Shown here piece after piece: positions 25,511-33,265 of a stretch of 35,785 nucleotides of DNA. The stretch comes from a bacterium (GTDB lineage: Bacteria > Chloroflexota > Anaerolineae > Anaerolineales > Villigracilaceae), in the NCBI GenBank assembly GCA_036169755.1, contig JAVHNW010000280.1:1-35785 (forward strand), in the 5' to 3' direction. A program made the position numbers and the translations under genes. The stretch's first letter is position 1; each line of letters opens with the position of its first letter. The notes beneath the pieces are model-generated. The model saw only the letters and a list, made by a program, of their open reading frames with translations, did not search any database and was not told the DNA's origin.

Positions 25511-25539
25511 ATTTTACACAAGGCGTTATTTTAGCACAA
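25511..25539 (-). promoter_or_regulatory. sigma70-type promoter for gap: TTGTGC, 17 nt, TAAAAT (minus strand)
   Basis: The minus strand reads TTGTGC-TAAAATAACGCCTTGTG-TAAAAT. It is followed by a ~22-nt leader containing GGAGG. Confidence 0.55.
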
Positions 25540-25576
25540 AAACCTGAAATAACGCGCTGTTTCTCATTATTTCAGG
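25536..25576 (-). terminator. Intrinsic terminator after the yvcK-like gene
   Basis: The minus strand reads CCTGAAATAA, a 14-nt loop, TTATTTCAGG, then TTTTT. The stem is AU-rich, so it is of moderate strength. Confidence 0.5.
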
Positions 25577-25590
25577 AAGTTGACAAAAGG

Positions 25591-26907
25591 TCAGGCCGCT
25601 TCCCGCAGCGGGCCAGTTTTCTCGTCCAGCAGATTCATCAGGACCTGCGCCAATTTTTCAGCGTCGTGCCGCCAGGGATTGGCTTCATCCACCAAATCGG
25701 CGCCATAAAAACGGGTCGAAGGCGTTCCTTCGGGCAGGCTGACCCAGTTGGAGCGCGGCGTAAGCGGCAGGTCATGGCGCAAATTGTACACGATAATATC
25801 GGCCAGATTGGGGTATGTATGCTCTTCCAGGGCGCGCAAATGGTCGAGGACGTTATAATCGCCGGTTTCGCCGGGCTGGGTGGCGATGTTGACCACGTAC
25901 ACTTTGAGCGCCCGACTGGCGCGAATCGCGTCCAACAAATCGGGAACCAGCAGATTGGGCAGGATGCTGGTGTAAAGGCTGCCAGGGCCCATCACGATCA
26001 TATCAGCGGTGAGCAGGGCACGGATGGCGGGCGGAAACGCGAAGGGGTTGTCCGGCTCCAGCCAGACTCGCCGCACGCGGCCCGGCATTTCGGGGATGGC
26101 GCTCTCGCCCTGCACGCGGACGCTGCCCGGCTGATTGGGCAGTTCCACATCGGCGACAAGGTGGACATTGTGCAGCGTGGCCGGTAAAACCCGGCCATTC
26201 ACCCCCAACACGCGCCCCGATTCGGCCACGGCTTCTTCAAAACTTCCTGTTATTTCCGCCAGAGCAGAAATAAACAAGTTGCCAAAAGAATGGCCGCCCA
26301 GGCCCGATTCGCTGTTGAAGCGGTACTGGAACAATTGAGTGAGCAGCGCCTCGTCATTGGAAAGCGCCGCCAGGCAATTGCGAATGTCGCCGGGAGGCAG
26401 AATTCCCAGGTTCTGGCGTAGTTTTCCAGACGAGCCGCCGTCATCCGCCACCGAGACGATGGCCGTCAGATTGGTAGTTTGGTTTTTTAGGCCGCGCAGC
26501 AAGGTCGAAAGGCCGTGCCCGCCGCCGAGGGCGACGATGCGTGGGCCGCGTTTCCTGCGCCGATAGAGCACAATCTGGTCGACCAGTTTTTCGCCGGGGC
26601 GCACAAAAGGCAGCATCAGAGCGCGATTCAGGCCAGCCACGCCCCAAATCATCAGCCCCAGACCAAGTATGGTGAAAATGAGTACACGAAAGATGCGGTC
26701 AAGAAAACGCAGCGAAGCGGTCGCCAGCAGCGGGGTCAGGGCGCTTTCCGCCGGGGTGTTGCGATAAACGTCCAGCAGGAAAAGCGCCAAACCAACGGCG
26801 AGCAGAGTCAGGCCGAGCAAAATCAGGGCGAACCAGCGCTTGACGCCCAGGCCTGGAATCAGCCAGCGCAAGACTCCCTTTATTTCCATCCAAAGTAAAT
26901 TCATCAC
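25591..26907 (-). CDS. YvcK/CofD-family (UPF0052, gluconeogenesis factor-like) protein with N-terminal membrane domain
   Basis: 438 aa. IVALGGGHGLSTLLRGLK and DDGGSSG motifs. About 110 N-terminal residues carry 2-3 hydrophobic helices. GTG at 26907 is followed immediately by an ATG. Confidence 0.88.
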   Translation of the reverse strand: MMNLLWMEIKGVLRWLIPGLGVKRWFALILLGLTLLAVGLALFLLDVYRNTPAESALTPLLATASLRFLDRIFRVLIFTILGLGLMIWGVAGLNRALMLPFVRPGEKLVDQIVLYRRRKRGPRIVALGGGHGLSTLLRGLKNQTTNLTAIVSVADDGGSSGKLRQNLGILPPGDIRNCLAALSNDEALLTQLFQYRFNSESGLGGHSFGNLFISALAEITGSFEEAVAESGRVLGVNGRVLPATLHNVHLVADVELPNQPGSVRVQGESAIPEMPGRVRRVWLEPDNPFAFPPAIRALLTADMIVMGPGSLYTSILPNLLVPDLLDAIRASRALKVYVVNIATQPGETGDYNVLDHLRALEEHTYPNLADIIVYNLRHDLPLTPRSNWVSLPEGTPSTRFYGADLVDEANPWRHDAEKLAQVLMNLLDEKTGPLREAA

Positions 26908-26913
26908 GCGCCG

Positions 26914-26942
26914 AGTTTAGCAGTCTTGCGGATATACGTCAA
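26914..26942 (-). promoter_or_regulatory. sigma70-type promoter: TTGACG, 17 nt, TGcTAAACT, then CGGCGC and GTG (leaderless geometry)
   Basis: Minus strand, read base by base. The predicted +1 falls on the G of GTG at 26907. No SD. Confidence 0.6.
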
Positions 26943-27003
26943 ATCTGACAGAATTTGGACAAATGTCACCTGGGGAGAGGAAGGGCGGCGGCGCGGCGTG
27001 CTG

Positions 27004-27009
27004 TATAAT
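27004..27009 (+). promoter_or_regulatory. Consensus -10 TATAAT, 8 nt upstream of the ROK gene ATG
   Basis: GCTGTATAATTGAAACCTATG. No SD between the hexamer and the ATG, and no good -35. Confidence 0.45.
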
Positions 27010-27017
27010 TGAAACCT

Positions 27018-27959
27018 ATGGCTTATTTCATTTCTGTTGACCTGGGTGGAACCCAAATTCGCGCAGGATTATTTGAGCGCAATTCAACAACAGCGCTGAG
27101 GGTGGAGCGCACGCGCACCCGCGCGGATGCGCCCGGCGTTTATGAAAGGTTGGAGACGCTGGTCGCTTCGATTTGGCCCGAAAGCGGCCAGGTGCTGGCA
27201 ATTGGCGTGGCTTCACCGGGGCCGCTCGACCCATACAGCGGCGTGGTCATCGCCACACCGAATATCAAAGAGTTTCGCAACTTTCCACTCACCGAAAGGC
27301 TGACGGCGCGTTTTGGCGTGCCGGTTTTCCTGGATAATGACGCCAACCTGGCCTGTTTGGGCGAATGGAAATTCGGCGCCGGGCAGGGCCACCACAATGT
27401 ACTTTTCTTGACCATCAGCACCGGCATTGGTGGCGGGGTGATTGCCGAAGATAGACTCCTGCAGGGTTTCCACGGGCTGGCTGCCGAACTTGGGCATACC
27501 ATCGTGTGGCCGGATGGCCCGCTGTGCGGCTGCGGCAAACGCGGGCACATTGAGGCAATTGCTTCAGGCCCATCCATCGCGCGTTACGCCAGTGAGCAAA
27601 TCGCCGCCGGACGCGCATCGTCCCTGCGCAGCGAAAAAACCATCAGCGCGCGCGAGGTGAGCGAGGCCGCCGGGCGCGGCGATGCGCTGGCGCTGGAGGC
27701 TTTTTCTCGCGCCGGGCGCTACCTGGGCATCGCCGTCGCCAATTTTTTAGCCTCCTTCGATCCTTCCATTGTCATTTTCGGCGGCGGCGTTTCGCGCAGC
27801 GGCCCGGCGCTGTTTGACCCTTTTCACGCCAGCCTGCGCGAAAACTGCTTCAGCCCCGCCTATCTGGAAAATTTACAGTTTGCCAACGCCGCCCTGGGTG
27901 ATGATGCCGGTCTGTTGGGCGCGCTGGCGCTGGCTATGCTTTCCGTCCCCGACAACTGA
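27018..27959 (+). CDS. ROK-family sugar kinase (glucokinase-like)
   Basis: ISVDLGGT phosphate-1 motif, DNDAN, and ROK zinc motif CGCGKRGHIEA. ATG 27018 is preferred over the TTG at 27009, which overlaps the -10 hexamer. Confidence 0.85.
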   Translation: MAYFISVDLGGTQIRAGLFERNSTTALRVERTRTRADAPGVYERLETLVASIWPESGQVLAIGVASPGPLDPYSGVVIATPNIKEFRNFPLTERLTARFGVPVFLDNDANLACLGEWKFGAGQGHHNVLFLTISTGIGGGVIAEDRLLQGFHGLAAELGHTIVWPDGPLCGCGKRGHIEAIASGPSIARYASEQIAAGRASSLRSEKTISAREVSEAAGRGDALALEAFSRAGRYLGIAVANFLASFDPSIVIFGGGVSRSGPALFDPFHASLRENCFSPAYLENLQFANAALGDDAGLLGALALAMLSVPDN

Positions 27960-28069
27960 CTTTCGGCCAGCATCCCCCTGGCCGCTGAAGTTTTCTGGGG
28001 AGAAAATATCAACCTGAACCCCACGCAAACGGGCTGAAGCCCGTATCCCATTCACCTAAAGGAGTTTTT

Positions 28070-29386
28070 ATGGAACCGATGCAGTTACCCGGCGCTAAAG
28101 GCCGCGCCATGCTCAAGCGCGACTCGGCTGTCATTTCGCCATCCTACCCACGCGACTATCCCTTCGTGATGGACCACGGCAAAGGCTCATGGCTGTGGGA
28201 CGTAGACGGCAATCAGTTTCTCGACTTCATGGCCGGAATCGCCGTCAATTCCACCGGCCACGCCCACCCCGAAGTCGTCAAAGCCATTCAGGACCAGGCC
28301 GAAAAATTCATTCACATTTCCTCCGACTTTTACCACCAGGGCATGATTGAACTCGGCGAAAAGCTGGACGAAATCGCCCCGATGCAAGAAGCCGCCGTCA
28401 GTTTCCTCACCAACTCTGGCACCGAATCGATCGAAACCGCCATCAAATTGGCGCGCTACAAAACCGAGCGCACCAACTTCATCGGCTTCACCGGCGGCTT
28501 TCATGGCCGCACCATGGGCGCCGTCACCTTCACCGCCAGCAAATCCAATTATCACAAAGGCTTTTACCCGTTGATGAACGGCGTCGTCCACGCGCCCTTC
28601 CCCAACCCCTACCGCCCGATTTTGGAGCGCAAACGCGGCGAAGATTACGGCGAAACCGTCGTGCGCTACATCGAGGAACAAATCTTCCGGCAGATTGTCC
28701 CGGCGGAGGAAGTCGCCGCCATTTTGCTGGAACCGATTCAGGGCGAGGGGGGCTACATCGTCCCCCCGGCGGGCTTCTTCCCCGCCCTGAGAAATCTCTG
28801 CGACAAATACGGTATCCTGCTGATTGCGGACGAGGTGCAAAGCGGCATGGGCCGCACCGGAAAGTGGTGGGCCATCGAAAACTTTGGCGTTGAACCCGAT
28901 ATTTTCACCACCGCCAAAGGCATCGCCTCGGGCATGCCGCTCGGCGCCTGCGTGGCGCGCAAATCGGTGATGACCTGGGAGCGCGGCTCACACGGCAATA
29001 CCTACGGCGGCAACCCGCTGGCCTGCGCCGCCGCGCTGAAAACGATTGAACTGCTTGAGCGCGAATACCTGAAAAACGCTGCCGAAGTCGGCCAATACGC
29101 GCAAGACGCGCTGCATCAAATCGCCGCCCGCCACCCCTCCATCGGCGAGGTGCGCGGCATCGGCCTGATGATTGGCGTGGAATTTGTCGCCGACCGCGAA
29201 ACCAAAGAACCCGCCCCCGCCCTGCGTGACGCAGTCGTTCACCGCGCCTTCGAGCGCGGCCTGCTGCTGCTGGGCTGCGCCAGATCAGTCATTCGCATCG
29301 CCCCGCCGCTCTCCATCAGCAAAGATGAAATTGACCAGGGGCTGAAAATCTTCGAGGAAGCCGTCAGCCTGGCCGAAGCAAAATAA
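28070..29386 (+). CDS. Class-III PLP-dependent aminotransferase (4-aminobutyrate/acetylornithine aminotransferase-like)
   Basis: 438 aa. GSESIE-like SGTESIE, FHGRT, DEVQSGMGRTGK and the PLP-lysine context TTAKGIASG. SD AAAGGAG. Confidence 0.9.
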   Translation: MEPMQLPGAKGRAMLKRDSAVISPSYPRDYPFVMDHGKGSWLWDVDGNQFLDFMAGIAVNSTGHAHPEVVKAIQDQAEKFIHISSDFYHQGMIELGEKLDEIAPMQEAAVSFLTNSGTESIETAIKLARYKTERTNFIGFTGGFHGRTMGAVTFTASKSNYHKGFYPLMNGVVHAPFPNPYRPILERKRGEDYGETVVRYIEEQIFRQIVPAEEVAAILLEPIQGEGGYIVPPAGFFPALRNLCDKYGILLIADEVQSGMGRTGKWWAIENFGVEPDIFTTAKGIASGMPLGACVARKSVMTWERGSHGNTYGGNPLACAAALKTIELLEREYLKNAAEVGQYAQDALHQIAARHPSIGEVRGIGLMIGVEFVADRETKEPAPALRDAVVHRAFERGLLLLGCARSVIRIAPPLSISKDEIDQGLKIFEEAVSLAEAK

Positions 29387-29402
29387 ATTTTCGACAAAAA
29401 AA

Positions 29403-29447
29403 GCAGAATACGCGGCGCAGGCAAATCGCCTGCGCCGCGTATTCTGC
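29403..29447. other. 20-bp perfect hairpin (5-nt loop) in the aminotransferase / kinase intergenic region
   Basis: GCAGAATACGCGGCGCAGGC-AAATC-GCCTGCGCCGCGTATTCTGC. All 20 pairs were checked. A7 lies immediately upstream and there is no T-tract downstream. Confidence 0.7.
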
Positions 29448-29478
29448 CAAAACTCTTACACTGCCGCCATGCGGCCAA

Positions 29479-29487
29479 TGATAAAAT
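29479..29487 (+). promoter_or_regulatory. Extended -10 TGaTAAAAT followed by CGGCGC and ATG (leaderless geometry)
   Basis: The hexamer ends 6 nt before ATG 29494. No SD. The N6 is identical to the one at the yvcK-like promoter. Confidence 0.55.
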
Positions 29488-29493
29488 CGGCGC

Positions 29494-31020
29494 ATGTTAC
29501 CCGATTTCCGCGTCCGCCAACGCGATTACCTGCTGGAAATTTCCCGCGCCCTGACCCAGGAACTCGACCTGAAGAAATTGCTGGCGCGCATCCTGCGAAT
29601 TTCGATTGAAATGCTGGCTGGGCAGGCCGGGCTGATTGCGCTCAAAGCAGACAATACCTGGCGAGTCGCCACCGCGCAGGGCATCCCCCCCGCCTTCCTG
29701 CGCTACCTCGAACCGCTGCTGGCCGAAGAACGCAGCGCCGAATTAAATGTGGAAGACCTGAACGCGCTGCTCAAAGAGCTGACCTACACCGCCAGCATGG
29801 GCCTGCTGAGCGGGGTAGGTATTCCGCTCAGCGCCAACGGAAATGTTATCGGCGTCATTTTCATCTTTCGCAACTACCCCGATTTATTCTCCAGCAATGA
29901 CAAACAGCTGCTGCAATCCTTCGCCGACCAGGCCGCCATCGCCGTCTACAACGCGCAATTGTACGGGCAGGTTTCCTACGAAAAACAGCGGCTCTCGGCG
30001 CTGATTGATTCTGCCGCCGATGGCATTGTCATTTTAAACGCCGACCACAGCATCGAGCGCGTCAACGACGCCTTCGAGCGGCTTTACGGTCAAACCGACC
30101 AGCAGCTGCGCGGCTTGCGCCACGAGGCTGTTTTTCGCTGGGCAAAAAAACCAGCGGGGCAAACGCTGGAGGAAGCCGAACTTGGTGGCTGGCCGCTAAA
30201 GCCTGGCGCCTATCTCTACGTGGAAGGCGACCTGCTGCGCAAGGAAACGCGCCCGCTGCCCGTCGGCGTCACCTACGCGCCGCTGATTACCAATGACCGG
30301 CTGAACAGCATCTTCGTCACCGTGCGCGACATCACACACTTCCGCACCGCAGATGAAATCAAGGCCACTTTCATCTCGGTCGTCAGCCACGAGCTCAAAA
30401 CCCCGGTGGCGCTCATCAAGGGCTACGCCTCCACCCTGCGCCGCGATGACGCCCGCTGGGACAAAGCCGTCATGCAGGAATCATTAACGGTCATCGAAGA
30501 AGAAGCCGACCGCCTGGCGCACATGATTGAAGACCTGCTGGACGCCTCCCGCCTGCAAGCGGGCGGACTGGCCCTCAGCCGGGCCGATGTCTCGTTACCG
30601 GTACTGTCCCTGCGGCTGGCAAAGCGTTTCCAAACCCAAACCTCGCGCCACCAAATCAACGTGGATTTCCCCTCCGGGTTTCCGGCTGTTCTGGCGGACG
30701 AGACGCGCATCGAGCAACTGCTTTCCAATCTCATTTCCAACGCCATCAAGTATGCCCCCGGCGGAGAAATTTCAATCACGGGGCAAAACTTACCCGAACA
30801 AGTCGTGGTTGCCGTCAGCGATGATGGCCCCGGCATTGACCCGCGCGACCTGCCTCATATTTTCGACCGCTTCTACCGCTCGGACGGCGCAGTACGCAAA
30901 ACAAAAGGCGCCGGGCTGGGCCTCTACCTGGCGCGCGCGATTGCCGAAGCGCACGGCGGCCAAATGTGGGTCGAAGCCCAAGCGCGCGGAGCCAAAATTT
31001 GTTTTTCACTGCCAAAATAG
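29494..31020 (+). CDS. Cytoplasmic GAF-PAS sensor histidine kinase
   Basis: 508 aa with a GAF-like N-terminus and a PAS region (LIDSAADGIVILNADHSIERVNDAFERLYG). H-box FISVVSHELKTPVALIKGY, N-box LISNAIKYAP, G1 DDGPGI and G2 GAGLGLYLAR. No TM. Confidence 0.9.
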   Translation: MLPDFRVRQRDYLLEISRALTQELDLKKLLARILRISIEMLAGQAGLIALKADNTWRVATAQGIPPAFLRYLEPLLAEERSAELNVEDLNALLKELTYTASMGLLSGVGIPLSANGNVIGVIFIFRNYPDLFSSNDKQLLQSFADQAAIAVYNAQLYGQVSYEKQRLSALIDSAADGIVILNADHSIERVNDAFERLYGQTDQQLRGLRHEAVFRWAKKPAGQTLEEAELGGWPLKPGAYLYVEGDLLRKETRPLPVGVTYAPLITNDRLNSIFVTVRDITHFRTADEIKATFISVVSHELKTPVALIKGYASTLRRDDARWDKAVMQESLTVIEEEADRLAHMIEDLLDASRLQAGGLALSRADVSLPVLSLRLAKRFQTQTSRHQINVDFPSGFPAVLADETRIEQLLSNLISNAIKYAPGGEISITGQNLPEQVVVAVSDDGPGIDPRDLPHIFDRFYRSDGAVRKTKGAGLGLYLARAIAEAHGGQMWVEAQARGAKICFSLPK

Positions 31021-31065
31021 CTCTGGCACCGACCTGCAACCCAAACTTACCCAAAGGAATTCCAC

Positions 31066-32424
31066 ATGCCCCAGACTCAAATCGCCTGCCCACGCTGTCG
31101 CCAACCCATTACCGCCAACGTGGAACAACTCTTCGACGTGACCAGCGACCCGGCCTCCAAACAGCGCCTGCTGGGACGCGCCTCCAATTATGCGCACTGC
31201 CCACAATGCGGTTTTGAAGGCCCGCTTTCCACGCCCATGGTGTATCACGACAACGAAAAAGAACTCCTGCTGACGTATTTTCCGTCCGAGTTGGGGCTGC
31301 CCGTCAATGAACAGGAAAAACTAATCGGGCCGCTCATTAATCAGGTCACCAACAAACTTCCGCCCGAAAAACGCAAAGCCTACCTTCTGCGCCCGCAGTC
31401 CTTCCTCACTTTCCAAAGTTTTATGGAGAAAATTTTGGAAAAGGATGGAATTACCAAAGAGATGCTCGACGACCAGCAAAAACGGCTGAACCTGCTTCAG
31501 CGTTTGCTGCAAGCCTCCGCGCCCGACGTGCGCGCCGAAATCATCCAGCAGGAAAAAGCCTTGCTCGACGAGGCGTTTTTCGCCATCTTCAACCGGCTGA
31601 TTGAAACCGCGCTGGCGCAAAACCAGCAGCAAACCGCCCAGGCCATGAGCGCCATCCAGCAGGAACTGCTCGACCAGACCGAGTATGGGCAAAAAATTAA
31701 GGGCCAGTTTGAAGAATTGGAGGCGGCGGTGAAAACGCTGCAAGACCTCGGCCAGGGCCTGACGCGCGAAAAGCTGCTGGATGTTTTTCTGGCAGCGCCC
31801 TCCAATGACCGGCTGAAAGCATTGGTGTCACTCACGCGCAATGGGCTGGACTATTCTTTCTTCCAGATGTTGACCGAACGCCTGGACAAAGCGTCCAGCG
31901 CTGAAAAACAACGCCTAGAAGCGCTGCGCGAAACCCTGCTGGATTTTGTCAACCAGATGGACAAAGCCCTCGAAGAACAAATGAAACAAGCCGAGGCCTT
32001 CATCGAACAAATTTTGGCCGCGCCGGATGTTGCCCAGGCAACCGCTCAAAACGCCCAGCGCTTCAATGATGAAGTTGTGGGGCAGGTCTTGGAAAGTAAA
32101 CTGCGCGAGGCCGGGCAAAAAAAAGACAACGCTCGCATGGAAAAGCTACAGCAAATGGTGATGGTTCTGCAGCAGGTCAATACTCCGCCAGAGATGGAAT
32201 TGATTCAGCAAATGGTGGACGCCCCCAGCGAGGCTGTCATGGAAAAAATTCTGGAGACAAACGAAAAAATGGTCAGCGAAGAACTGACCGGGATGTTTGG
32301 CTCGCTCATGCAGCAGGTGGAATCGCAATCAGCGCAAAACCCCGAAGCGGCTGAGCTGCTCACCCGTTTGGAAAAAGCCTACAGCGTGGTGATTAAATTT
32401 CAAATGAAGAAAAAACTGGCCTAG
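31066..32424 (+). CDS. CpXC-domain zinc-ribbon protein with long helical Gln/Glu-rich C-terminal region
   Basis: 452 aa. Two CxxC pairs (CPRCRQ...CPQCGF) in the first ~55 aa fit the CpXC layout. The rest is predicted to be all-helical. Weak SD AAAGGAA. Confidence 0.75.
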   Translation: MPQTQIACPRCRQPITANVEQLFDVTSDPASKQRLLGRASNYAHCPQCGFEGPLSTPMVYHDNEKELLLTYFPSELGLPVNEQEKLIGPLINQVTNKLPPEKRKAYLLRPQSFLTFQSFMEKILEKDGITKEMLDDQQKRLNLLQRLLQASAPDVRAEIIQQEKALLDEAFFAIFNRLIETALAQNQQQTAQAMSAIQQELLDQTEYGQKIKGQFEELEAAVKTLQDLGQGLTREKLLDVFLAAPSNDRLKALVSLTRNGLDYSFFQMLTERLDKASSAEKQRLEALRETLLDFVNQMDKALEEQMKQAEAFIEQILAAPDVAQATAQNAQRFNDEVVGQVLESKLREAGQKKDNARMEKLQQMVMVLQQVNTPPEMELIQQMVDAPSEAVMEKILETNEKMVSEELTGMFGSLMQQVESQSAQNPEAAELLTRLEKAYSVVIKFQMKKKLA

Positions 32425-32432
32425 AAAATTTC

Positions 32433-32468
32433 ATCAAAAAGCGTGGCGCATGCGCCACGCTTTTTGAT
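32433..32468. terminator. Bidirectional intrinsic terminator (36-nt perfect palindrome)
   Basis: ATCAAAAAGCGTGGCGCA|TGCGCCACGCTTTTTGAT. A GC stem flanked by A5 and T5, lying between convergent genes. Confidence 0.85.
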
Positions 32469-32490
32469 AACGCCAAAACCCGCTGAAGCG

Positions 32491-33135
32491 CTATTCGGGG
32501 GGATTGTCAAAGCGGATGCCGTGCCCGCGCAAGGTGGTGATGTAACTTTGGCCGGAGTCGATTTCGGCCAGCCGGTCGCGCAGGCGGCGCAACAAGGCGT
32601 CGAGGGCCTGGTCAGAAACGCCAGCAGATTGCTCATTGCCCCAAACACTTTCTATCAGCGCGGCGCGGGCCATCACTGTCCCTGGTGATTGGTAGAGCGC
32701 CCACAGCAGTTGAAATTGCTGCGCCGAAAGCGGCGGCGAAAGTTGGCGACCACGCACCCACACCTGGCGGGAACGCATATCCAGCATCAAGCGGCCACTG
32801 CGCAGCGGCGAGTCGAGCGGCATGGTGGCGTCAGAAACCAGGTACAAGAATTCTTGAGCCATAGCCACGCCAATCGTATCGCCGTCTTGCAAAACGACCG
32901 GCGCCGAAAGCGCACTGCCGTTGTGATGTGTCCCATTTTTGCTGCCCAAATCTTCCAACACCACTCCGCCGCCCGAGGGGGTGACGCGCACGTGGTAGCG
33001 CGAAACCTGCCGGTCGGGGATGACCACGTCACAGCCAGAGTCCCGCCCCAGTACGAGCGGGTGGTCGAGGGTCCAGCGTTCCCCTTTCAGCGGGCCGTTT
33101 TGAGCAATCAGCACTGGGGCATCTTGTTCGGGCAT
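32491..33135 (-). CDS. FHA domain + OmpR/PhoB-type winged-helix DNA-binding domain regulator (no receiver domain)
   Basis: FHA signature: LGRDSGCDVVIPDRQVSRYHVRV....LEDLGSKNGTHHNG. wHTH signature: LSAQQFQLLWALYQSPGTVMARAALIESVWG......DQALDALLRRLRDRL......ITTLRGHGIRF. ATG 33135 has SD GGAAGG. An alternative upstream ATG lies at 33171. Confidence 0.85.
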   Translation of the reverse strand: MPEQDAPVLIAQNGPLKGERWTLDHPLVLGRDSGCDVVIPDRQVSRYHVRVTPSGGGVVLEDLGSKNGTHHNGSALSAPVVLQDGDTIGVAMAQEFLYLVSDATMPLDSPLRSGRLMLDMRSRQVWVRGRQLSPPLSAQQFQLLWALYQSPGTVMARAALIESVWGNEQSAGVSDQALDALLRRLRDRLAEIDSGQSYITTLRGHGIRFDNPPE

Positions 33136-33179
33136 GGTCAACCTTCCTGTTCCAATCTGCATCCAATCCATCTACACGT

Positions 33180-33188
33180 TATAATATA
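33180..33188. promoter_or_regulatory. Overlapping divergent -10 elements (TATAAT on plus; TATTAT/TATATT on minus)
   Basis: The sequence is TTATAATATAG. The plus-strand hexamer is at 33180-33185. The minus-strand hexamers are at 33181-33186 and 33183-33188. Confidence 0.45.
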
Positions 33189-33265
33189 GCAGAAAGCCAG
33201 GTTCTGTGCCAGATTACGCCGAAAACCAGGCCAGAACCGTAAATTTGCGCCGGAGAAATCATTAC

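Noticed and set aside
26945-26967. TGACA-N13-TGTCA dyad between the yvcK-like and ROK genes, as a possible operator.
   Set aside because: The arms are only 5 bp, so it is easily a chance match. It is mentioned inside the divergent-promoter finding but not called as a feature.
27964-28044. Two short hairpins after the ROK gene: CGGCCAG-N7-CTGGCCG, and ACGGGC-TGAA-GCCCGT.
   Set aside because: The stems are 6-7 bp without adjacent U-tracts, which is too weak to call as terminators or structured RNA.
33192-33265. Possible structured 5' leader of the kinase mRNA (GGTTCTG...CAGAACC, 7-bp stem with a ~23-nt loop).
   Set aside because: The stem is short. The region would be coding if the GTG at 33206 were the real start. 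I recognise no riboswitch-like conservation.
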